The translations under genes and the position numbers were made by a program. From IMG/VR virus record IMGVR_UViG_3300021475_000005: 64,000 nucleotides of DNA; one strand, 5' to 3'. Source of the DNA: a virus (Duplodnaviria > Heunggongvirae > Uroviricota > Caudoviricetes). Within the stretch, counting starts at the first letter, position 1, and the number at the start of each line of letters is the position of its first letter. The notes beneath the pieces were generated by a model, which worked only from the letters and a program-made list of their open reading frames with translations, was not told where the DNA came from and made no database searches. This document shows, in pieces, positions 1-8,900 of this stretch.

Positions 1-3000
1 GCTGGCGCATATGGCATCAGGTCGCGACATTCATATTCGATCTCGACGGTCAATGCTGTAGTCAATGGTGCGCCTGCGCCAACCGCCTTATACCAAAAAT
101 CTTTGCCGCCAGAATCAATCGATTTCTGCTCCAATGCAATCGTAGCGGCACTCAAGAAGACGAATGTTTCTCCAGCAGTGTGGCTATCGCAAGCCCATTC
201 TGTTCCGCGCACGCCGCGCAATAGGTTTGAGATCGTCCATGAACCATCAGCATTCGAGACAACATCCCGAAACTGAATTACTTCATCTCCGATGACCGCC
301 ATATTTCCACCAGCCCATAGCTCGTCATCGGTGATGGATTCGATATCGAACCACGAGATAGCGGGATAAATAGTTACCGTATTCAGCCAATCTAGTGCGA
401 AACAGCCATGACTTGGTGGTGCGAGTACTCCCTGTACCGTTCCCCATTCAACGTCGCTTGACATATTATCAAGAAGGGCAAAGCTGGAATCGTCAGGCGC
501 AATAAACATTGCAGCCGAATCAAAGGTTGATGGTCCCATATTCCCGACGCCCGCATAGTAGATGGAATACGCTCCATTACCAGCCGCGTCGGTATCTCTG
601 AGGTACGGCGTATTAAAGACGAAAGGACGCGCCGGTTGTGCGCCTTTGACAGTCTGAGTAAATCCGGTTCCCCCGTCCGCCGTGAGATTAAAACTATAAA
701 CACCGGAATCCTGACCGCTGGAATTCATGTTTGATGAATAATCCGCGCCCATTTCCATCTGCATGATACGTTCGAAATAAGAACGCCCATCCTGCAAATT
801 GACTGTAATGAGGTCAGTCGGATCAAGATAAGCATATGACAATGGGAAACGTGTCTCGTGCTTCGTACGTTCTCCCCATGTCGTATATAGCATAGCATTG
901 ACGCGATTCTTTGCATCATCCGGATGGAATGCGATTGTTGCTTCAACTCCTTCTTGCTGACGCGAGAACATGGTTGGTACTGGCGCAAAAATACGCTTGG
1001 ATAGTGCTGTACTCGTCTCAAAATCCTGTTCGAGATTATAATAGGTCAGACTGATTTGAGCAGGAAGATCGGCTTCAGAAAGACGCGTCTCTTTCCAAAA
1101 ATTAACGGTATTTGGATCGTTGCTGCCCTGCGCACTCAGGACTTTATAGGAAATTGTTTCGACGCTCTCCGTACCGCCGCGAATGACAGCAACAAGTTTG
1201 CCATCTCTTTCAACGATATCGAAAAGATAGATTTGAGTAAGTTCCTCGATGACGCTCTTAATGTCTGTCATCTGAGCGAAGCCATATCCATTCACAGGAA
1301 TAGCTGCAAGCGCGCTCATGTCGTATTGATCCGGAGTCAATCCAGTCTGCGCCATCAGTGAATTCAAGACGTATGAAAGATCGACTGCGACATTCGCGAA
1401 ATATCCCACACGCACAATGCGTGGGATATCTCCCATGCAAATCAGGTTACCTGTCTGTCCATCATAAATCTGACCACCTGAACCGGTTCCAGACGGAAGT
1501 GTGTAACCGTTTTCTCCCGGATTAAACTGTGCGCCGACAATAACGTCGATTAAAAAGAAAACGCCTGATTGTAGTTGTGGTGAAGCCGGAGTTAAATTAA
1601 CGAACGATCCGTCAGATGTATCCATAATGAATAGAAGACCACCCACAGACCACGCAATCTCTGCCGTGTCTAAGCGCTTGGCCTGATAGTCGTTATCTGC
1701 GAAACCGTGCGGTAGCAGGACCTGCCAAAGAATAGTCTGAGAATCTCTAGAGTATTTTGCCGCATAAGTATTATCGGTGCCAAGGCATTCGAAAAACATA
1801 ATAACGCAATCGGTGCTAACGTCTAATACAACAGCGAGCGGTTCCATGCGAATCGATCCTGAGCCAGCATCAGGATTGTTCAGCGTGAATGGAAGATATG
1901 ATGTATCGACAAATTCTACCGGCGTGATAAACGACAATGTCAACGTATTTGTATCGTCGAACAGGCTTCCACCCCAAAATAGCGCCCATGCGGCAGTATC
2001 GACCGCGCATGCACGACGCGGAGTGTAGATGTCGCCATATACTCCCAAAGCAGACGTTAAGCTTGGAGTCAGGAGATTATCGGTATACCAAATTTGACCG
2101 GAATAAGTGATCAAAATCGCCAACTCACCAGCCGTGTCATAAAGAACTCTATTCGCGGCAGGAATAAATGGCGGATCGAGTGTGACGTATGACGAGTAGC
2201 CAGTTCCCGGAATCGAGTGACTGACGGTACTGACAGGAGCTAATGAAAATGGATCGAGCCGAGCATAACGAGAGAGATTTTGCTGTCCGATGGTTGTTAG
2301 AATTTCTCCAAGGCTGCTAACATCCCAGACGGCTGCAAGTTTACCGCTGTCCCAATAATCTTCAGGAACCAACATTGGGAATGTTTCGCCAGTTTTAATG
2401 CCTGTCGTCATATCGACAGTGATGAGGCCATTTTCATTGGCGTCGTATAGATAAATTACGCCTCGATCAAAATCGGCAGTATACGGATCATCTTTTCCGT
2501 ACCCTGATAGTTCGACCGAACCATCATTGGTCAAATTCGTGTAGGGTGTTGCCTGCATTGGTCCGGCATATAATTCCACAGAAATTTGCGGAATCTGATT
2601 GCCGAAATCAGTCAACAGGAAGCTACTAAAGACGATGTAACAAATCCCACGGTAAGCAGGAGTATTTGATGCACCGACAGACGCTTGAATTATGGGATCG
2701 GGAAGCTGTTCCTCATCACCGGGGTAAAAGGTATAGAGGTACTTTCCATTATTCACGCTTGGAGAAGCACCGGTCGCGTCATAAATGATTTTACCATTTG
2801 CCCAGATTCTGCGAATCGATTGAACGGGTCCAACGCATAGCGCCATCGCCATATCGACGGTGTAAGTGAATTGCTTATAGAAGGAGCCGAGACCGGCCTT
2901 CTGAGTCGTCTTGTGTTCCTTAATCGGATTCGCCCAGATCATGTTCGCAGCAACACGCATGGTGCCGAACGCCTGCGGGATCGGATTTCCATACGTCGAT

Positions 3001-3107
3001 GCGGATACGCTGAGGTCTTTTAGGCGTGGACCTTCAGCGGGAAAGAGAAAGCTGATCGCCGCCGAAACAGCTTCGGCGATGATGAAGAATGCAAATGCCA
3101 TTGCCAT
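1..3107 (-). CDS. Central tail-tip / host-specificity protein (GTA 'megatron'-like); runs off the window end
   Basis: Not in the ORF track because it has no stop in the window. Hand translation starts MAMAFAFFIIAEAVSAAISFLFPAEGPRLKDLSVSASTYGNPIPQAFGTMRVAANMIWA, with a later PAYRGICYIVF motif typical of tail-tip proteins. Follows Dit, hub and NlpC genes. Confidence 0.85.
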   Translation of the reverse strand, partial: MAMAFAFFIIAEAVSAAISFLFPAEGPRLKDLSVSASTYGNPIPQAFGTMRVAANMIWANPIKEHKTTQKAGLGSFYKQFTYTVDMAMALCVGPVQSIRRIWANGKIIYDATGASPSVNNGKYLYTFYPGDEEQLPDPIIQASVGASNTPAYRGICYIVFSSFLLTDFGNQIPQISVELYAGPMQATPYTNLTNDGSVELSGYGKDDPYTADFDRGVIYLYDANENGLITVDMTTGIKTGETFPMLVPEDYWDSGKLAAVWDVSSLGEILTTIGQQNLSRYARLDPFSLAPVSTVSHSIPGTGYSSYVTLDPPFIPAANRVLYDTAGELAILITYSGQIWYTDNLLTPSLTSALGVYGDIYTPRRACAVDTAAWALFWGGSLFDDTNTLTLSFITPVEFVDTSYLPFTLNNPDAGSGSIRMEPLAVVLDVSTDCVIMFFECLGTDNTYAAKYSRDSQTILWQVLLPHGFADNDYQAKRLDTAEIAWSVGGLLFIMDTSDGSFVNLTPASPQLQSGVFFLIDVIVGAQFNPGENGYTLPSGTGSGGQIYDGQTGNLICMGDIPRIVRVGYFANVAVDLSYVLNSLMAQTGLTPDQYDMSALAAIPVNGYGFAQMTDIKSVIEELTQIYLFDIVERDGKLVAVIRGGTESVETISYKVLSAQGSNDPNTVNFWKETRLSEADLPAQISLTYYNLEQDFETSTALSKRIFAPVPTMFSRQQEGVEATIAFHPDDAKNRVNAMLYTTWGERTKHETRFPLSYAYLDPTDLITVNLQDGRSYFERIMQMEMGADYSSNMNSSGQDSGVYSFNLTADGGTGFTQTVKGAQPARPFVFNTPYLRDTDAAGNGAYSIYYAGVGNMGPSTFDSAAMFIAPDDSSFALLDNMSSDVEWGTVQGVLAPPSHGCFALDWLNTVTIYPAISWFDIESITDDELWAGGNMAVIGDEVIQFRDVVSNADGSWTISNLLRGVRGTEWACDSHTAGETFVFLSAATIALEQKSIDSGGKDFWYKAVGAGAPLTTALTVEIEYECRDLMPYAP

Positions 3108-3110
3108 GGG

Positions 3111-3536
3111 TTAGTCTTCAACCCCCGGAAATTCGAATGCGGCCCGGAAATGGTTCTTCAGTTCGCCTTCAAAAGGCTCTTCAATGGTGTGCTTGTGAAG
3201 CGCGCTGCAATGGATAACCGATAAACGGCCATATCGATCAATTGAGGTGATTCCCATATGCCACGGACGACCGTCAAACGAGAAAACAACAACTTGGCCC
3301 GGTTTCAATGGCGGATGCACCTGCGTGAACATGCGCTTCATCGTATCCATTGCGATGGCATCTTGCGGGTAAAGTCCGTACCGCTGGTAGTCTTCGCTCG
3401 GAAGACCGAAACTTTCACGCACCCGAATGAGCAGCCCATAGCAATCGAGACGCGTATCACTGCGTCCCATTCTCTGCCACCGCGTTTTGAGTTCTACAAA
3501 CCGGTATGCTGCTGCTACAATTTCTTCTCGTTTCAT
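3111..3536 (-). CDS. Tail-associated NlpC/P60 family peptidase
   Basis: GRSDTRLDCYGL (catalytic Cys) and WHMGI...IHC; lies between hub and tail-tip genes. Confidence 0.85.
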   Translation of the reverse strand: MKREEIVAAAYRFVELKTRWQRMGRSDTRLDCYGLLIRVRESFGLPSEDYQRYGLYPQDAIAMDTMKRMFTQVHPPLKPGQVVVFSFDGRPWHMGITSIDRYGRLSVIHCSALHKHTIEEPFEGELKNHFRAAFEFPGVED

Positions 3537-5156
3537 TTATTGAACCGGAACATCAGGCGTTGCCATATAAGCATCTTGTCCGGGCACATCGGGAAAACCT
3601 CGAAAATTCAAGATGTTGTTAAATTTCGTAATGCAAGTTGGCCGAGTCTTGTCGCAGCCGGGATGAATGACAAAACGATCTCCCGCGAGCATCGGACGAT
3701 AGGGAGGCTGGAAGAGCGTAATATTCGTACCATCCCATGTTTGAACCTGCATGGCATATCCAGCATTTGCGCCCGTTTCCCAGATCAAAAGTCCGGCATC
3801 GTAATAGCCGGAAGGATGCGGAAGTGTGCATGCAAAGATATTATTCTCTTCTACCGTTGTGACCGTCGTGACATCTTTGAAAGATGCAATGCATTTCCAT
3901 GTCACGCCGCTATCGGTATATGTCGCATTGAGCAACGCCGAGAAGGCAGGCTCGGTAGTGCCGCTAACGCCCGATGTCTGCGCTTGAAACATCACGCCAT
4001 CAGCCTGCAAGTCTGAATTGAATGTACCAACCGTATCATTGAATGAGAGCGTATAGCCGCCGAATGCGCCACCATTTTCGACCGTGCGCTTCTTGGTCGT
4101 ATTGAAGTCAACTCTGATCTTGCGTGTTCCCGATGGAATCAGGGTTGAGTTTGTTTGAATTGGAATCCAGCGGTTTAGCCCATATGTATGAGTACCCGGA
4201 TCGAAAATTGTCGTTACATTTCCATTGGCATCAACCGCCATGAGGCGGCAACTGGTCTTGGCGTCACTGGTCATGCACGCGACATAACCTGTGAAAACAC
4301 ACATGCATTTTCCAGTATCGATGTCATCTGTCGATAGGCCTGATGCCACCAGATCGACATCCTGATACATTCCAAGTGTCTTGGTCGTCTGTGTCGCGAT
4401 ATTGTCGGTGATAGCCGCAAACATGAGGCCGGTCGGACTATTGGTCAGGCTGTGCCAGCTTGTCCGGAGAGTCCAGCGCCCATCCACATCACCGTATGTC
4501 GTCCAGTTTTCAAGACTACGAACCAGTTCTCCAAGCGTTTCATCTTGGAACTGGTTGTTTGTCAAGAGACCGTTCACATAGTCCGTAGCTGATGTAATGT
4601 GCCCAATAATGCAATCACCTTGCTGATAGGCGAAAAGTGGCTTCCAGAAATCTGGATCGAGCCCGACTTTACAGCGTGAATCTCCTAGATCGGCGTTACA
4701 TTCTGGAGCATAGGGTTGACCCACACGATAGGCGAATACCTGCGAAAGTCCCCGAATTTCGGCATGGAAGGAATTGTCTTCCATCATCTCAATTTCGCCG
4801 AGCCAGCCGTCGCGCATCTCCAAGACGCCATCGTCCGTCGAATTATAATTGACGACGAAAACGGAGACCTGCGCAAAATCGTAGAGACCGCCTGCAATAT
4901 CGGCGCGGGCAATTGCGCCGGAATTCAGAATGGCATTGATTTCCATATTATCGACTTCGAGACTTGTCGAATTCGAAATGGACGCGCTCACAAATGAATT
5001 GTAGGGAAAATAAGTCTGGTTATAAACCGTGACTGGAATGTCGAGATTTGTCAGGCCAACAATATAGTTATCACGACGACGAATTTGAATGCATAAGCAC
5101 ACCGTCGTGACTTCGCCCTGAATATGGGCGAGGAGATTGGCAGAAATGTCTTTCAT
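3537..5156 (-). CDS. Tail hub / baseplate protein (DUF2163 / BR0599-like) with an inserted domain
   Basis: N-terminal TTVCLCIQIRRRD, CNADLGDSRC, and C-terminal PGCDKTRPTCITKFNNILNFRGFPDVPG. Confidence 0.85.
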   Translation of the reverse strand: MKDISANLLAHIQGEVTTVCLCIQIRRRDNYIVGLTNLDIPVTVYNQTYFPYNSFVSASISNSTSLEVDNMEINAILNSGAIARADIAGGLYDFAQVSVFVVNYNSTDDGVLEMRDGWLGEIEMMEDNSFHAEIRGLSQVFAYRVGQPYAPECNADLGDSRCKVGLDPDFWKPLFAYQQGDCIIGHITSATDYVNGLLTNNQFQDETLGELVRSLENWTTYGDVDGRWTLRTSWHSLTNSPTGLMFAAITDNIATQTTKTLGMYQDVDLVASGLSTDDIDTGKCMCVFTGYVACMTSDAKTSCRLMAVDANGNVTTIFDPGTHTYGLNRWIPIQTNSTLIPSGTRKIRVDFNTTKKRTVENGGAFGGYTLSFNDTVGTFNSDLQADGVMFQAQTSGVSGTTEPAFSALLNATYTDSGVTWKCIASFKDVTTVTTVEENNIFACTLPHPSGYYDAGLLIWETGANAGYAMQVQTWDGTNITLFQPPYRPMLAGDRFVIHPGCDKTRPTCITKFNNILNFRGFPDVPGQDAYMATPDVPVQ

Positions 5157-5809
5157 TAACTAAAAACCTGTCCCCAGTCACGCACTTCGACGAGTGTGAT
5201 GCTGTTGGCTGTTGCGACTTCAAAGAAATCCTGCGAGACATCAAAATGATCGATGTCGAAACGAACAGGAACGTGAAATTGGGCTGCACCGACGATGATT
5301 GCAGCATCGACCCCGGGAGCGGTCGTGAAAGTAAAAAGACCCGTCGTGTAATCTACGGTATAATCGCCCGGAGAGTTTTTTGTGACACCGCCGACTGTAA
5401 CGCCAGCTATCGTATTCCACGCCGGTTTCGTGATGATGCGTGTGTAGGTATCAGTCTCATCGGACTCAGCTTGATAGGATGTATAGGTTTTAATAAGCTG
5501 GAAAACAGTAGTCGTTCCATCGCCGACGCCGATCTGCTGGGCATTGATATTAAAATCATTATAATCAAGAAACCGGAATCCATAAGCCCGTCCTCGCCGC
5601 GCCATGAAGAATTCCGTCAAAGCCGTCATTTGATCCCAAGTCTTGATTGCTTGGGTTACATCGTATTTCGATTGGATGTTCTGCCAGTCAACATTGCGTT
5701 GCTCATAACCGGAATCGGCTGTGAAAATGCTTGTCTTGAATGCAGGCCCCCCGCTTGACCCATAGCTGATATCGGTCGGGAATAAAACTTCGTGAAAGGT
5801 TCCGGTCAT
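5156..5809 (-). CDS. Distal tail protein (DUF2460 / TIGR02217-like)
   Basis: FHEVLFPTDISYGSSGGPAFKT, FFMARRGRAYGFRF, FHVPVRFD. Start moved to MTGTFHEV at 5809. Confidence 0.85.
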   Translation of the reverse strand: MTGTFHEVLFPTDISYGSSGGPAFKTSIFTADSGYEQRNVDWQNIQSKYDVTQAIKTWDQMTALTEFFMARRGRAYGFRFLDYNDFNINAQQIGVGDGTTTVFQLIKTYTSYQAESDETDTYTRIITKPAWNTIAGVTVGGVTKNSPGDYTVDYTTGLFTFTTAPGVDAAIIVGAAQFHVPVRFDIDHFDVSQDFFEVATANSITLVEVRDWGQVFS

Positions 5810-5943
5810 TCGTAAACTCAAATGTGAGGAAGGATTTTCGACATGAATCGATGTCGAGAAGTCGTGTGCCCTGATCGCATGGATCAGGAATGCCGTCAAG
5901 AATTCCGAACAAGCATGTCGGAGACTATGACAGGAATATTATT

Positions 5944-8900
5944 TTATAGCGTTCCGGTCAGATTCCGGAGTGAGTTCCGCTTCATGAGGCGGTTCTGATC
6001 GCGGATGATTGCACCTTTGGATTGACGGAAGGCATCCGGATTCGGTGCGATAATGGTAATATTCGAATTCATCGACGGCGACTGCATGCCGCCTTCAATC
6101 GGAATCTTACGGTTACGGGACAGCGGAATGACGGCTTCATTCGGATGCACAATTGCTGGAATGCCATCCGTATTCGGCGTTCCTTCGGCGTAGTGAGGCG
6201 CGTCTCTGAATGAGGCATTTGTCATGACCTTTTCCACGGGCTGCGTGGTAAAGCCACCTTCTTTGAAGAGGCTTGTCGCCCCGTTCCATGCATTGCTGGC
6301 GAAATTGCTGATACCGGCCCAGTCAGTGGATAGCTGACCTTCCAAGTTGTTCCCAAGCGCACCTAGATAGCCACCAACGCCCGTATTGGCTGCCGTAGCG
6401 GTCGCAGTAGCTGCGCCGTTTGCCTGCCCCAGCATCGCCTGTGCGACCATGTTGAGCAACGATCCAAGAATGTTCGGCTGTTCTGCCTGCTGCGTTCCGG
6501 TGACGGTATTGGTGGACATCGTGCCGAGGACATTCGTCTGTGGTAATAGTGGGGGCTTTCTCGGTGGCTTAAGAAGATTTTCGATCAATCCGCCAAAAGT
6601 GCCGACAGCACCTAGCAATCCGTTTCCGATATTCTGGCTCGTGCTATTGCTGCTCTTGATGCCGAACAGATTACCGATCAGATCAAGCGTACTCGGATTC
6701 GGGGAAGAACCATCCGAATATGTTCCAGTCATTTGATTTGGCGTGATATTGACGCCCGATACGTCGCTTCCGCCGAATAGGCTTCCAAGGCTGTCGAGAA
6801 TGCCCGGCTGCGCAGCCGCGTTTTGTGCAGCAATCGTGCCCGCACCGTTGAGACTTGGCAGGCTCGTCGGAAGCAATGAGGAACCAACATTGGGGCCGAG
6901 TGCTTGCAGAGAGGCGTTGCTGTACGGCTGGAAAGTCGGCGTGCTGCCATTGCCCAGTCCCATAGACTGCATAAGCTGTGTGCCGCCCGGGAGTGCTCCG
7001 CCAAAGAAGCCTGATCCGGCATCCGATCCCGAACCGCCGACATCCAAAGCCCCACGAAGCGCAGGAATTCCTCCGCCAGTACCGGAGCCACCAGTCAATG
7101 CAGTCGCTAGCGTCCCATTCGCGCTGTCGAGCGTGTTGCTCACATCGCTATTGATCTGACCAAACTGGGTTGCGACTTGGAGCATGGCGGATGCAGCCTG
7201 CTGGAGAGTCGTGGCACCGGTTTGGAGAGTGACGGCAGCGTCTGCCATTGGGGCGACGGCCTTTTTATCAAAAGTATCTGTCATATCAAAGACAGCTTTT
7301 TGTTCCGGAGTTTCTGGATTCGGTGACGCAATACCGAGAGCCTTGAATGCTCCTCCAAGCAATGTATCAGTCTGTGCTTTCATCCATTCCTTGCGGGTGT
7401 CATCGAAGAGCTTCTTAAAAGCCTTCCCCGGCTTTTCGTCGCCGGTAGCAATATCGCTCAAGGCGTTCGAGAGACCTTCTGCGAAGCTTGCTTTGATATC
7501 CTCCATACGTTTTTCGAACGGTTCGAGACCATCGACCCATTTCTGGAAGCCCGGAGGATTTTCAAGCTGTTGCTTTGCCTTAGCCCAGTTTAGAGCGAAA
7601 TCTTTTTCGTCTTGAGACGCCGCGTCATTCAATACAGCAAGTGAGGCTTTCGAAAGTCCTGTCATCTGCTCAAGTGCGCTCTTATAATCGCTGTTTAACT
7701 TATTTGCGGTTGGATTGTTGGCATAAGTTTCCTGCAACGATTGAATTTGATCAGCCATGGCTCCGGCAGCTTCAGCGGTTCTATTGGCAATCTGAGCTTG
7801 TACATTCTGAGCCATGACATTATATTCACTCGTCCCCGTCGTCGGATCGACAATCGACATACGAGCACGAGCTTGATCGATAGTACCACCATTCTTCGCA
7901 GCGTTGGCTTCAAGACCCTTCATCATTGCGTTCTGAAACGGATCGTTGTTATTACGCGCAAAACTTGCGACAGTGTTTTGATTAAGCTGCTTTTGGAGAT
8001 CGAGTTGAGCCGCTAATGTTGCTTGAGTCTGCTTCCCAATAGCAACAGCCTCTTTGCCGGTCATATTGGCAATTTGTTGCGCTGTGTAACCTTCTTCTGT
8101 GAGTTTATTGGTCAACTCCATTAGATCAGCTTGCGCATCGAGTCCTTTTACCCGGAGAGCCGTGATGGCATTTCCCTCCGCCATAACACGATTAGACTTT
8201 TCGATAGGCTGCACCACATCAAAATTCTTCTGTGCAATTCTTTCATTTGCAGCCTGCATAGCCTTAAGATCGTCACTATTAACAACCGATTTAAGGCCAT
8301 GATTGGCAGTCATCAAATCAATTTGATTCGCAAAGATTTTCTTGAGGCCAATAAACTCTTCCTGCATTTGCTCTGCTGCTGCCGCAATGGGGCCACCTCC
8401 TGAAATAAATTTGTCAAGCTCCTTGCGATCACCTAACATCTTCATCTCTAAGGCTTTAGCTGGAGATTCTTGCGGAGTAACAGCTTCTTCATCGCTATCA
8501 AGCGCGTTTAATGCACTTTGAGGATTTGTAAATTGTGCCGCGTACTGATCCGGACGGCGATAACTAAGTACGTCCGAGGCCTTAAAAGGACTGGTATTTA
8601 CCTCATTGTTTTGATTTCCGCCGGTAACGAGAACGTTTCCTTTGGCATCCATTCCCGAATAAAATCCAACGTGACCTGTCGATCCAGCTTCTTGCGGCTT
8701 TAGGACGACAATATCACCCGGAATTGGATTCTTTTCTTCTTGGCCGTAATTTCTAAACGAACTAGCAGCAAGTGAATGTGTGGTAGGATGTCCATTATCT
8801 GCCAAAACCGCGTTGACAAAGGCAGCACACCACTTCACTTTTTCAGGGTCGAGGCCAAGGGTAATTTGGTTTGTACCAAAAAGAGTCTGAAGACCCTCAT

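Noticed and set aside
392-3114. Short track ORFs in the first 3.1 kb, and antisense ORFs over large genes generally
   Set aside because: Shadows of longer recognisable genes, here the tail-tip gene truncated by the window.
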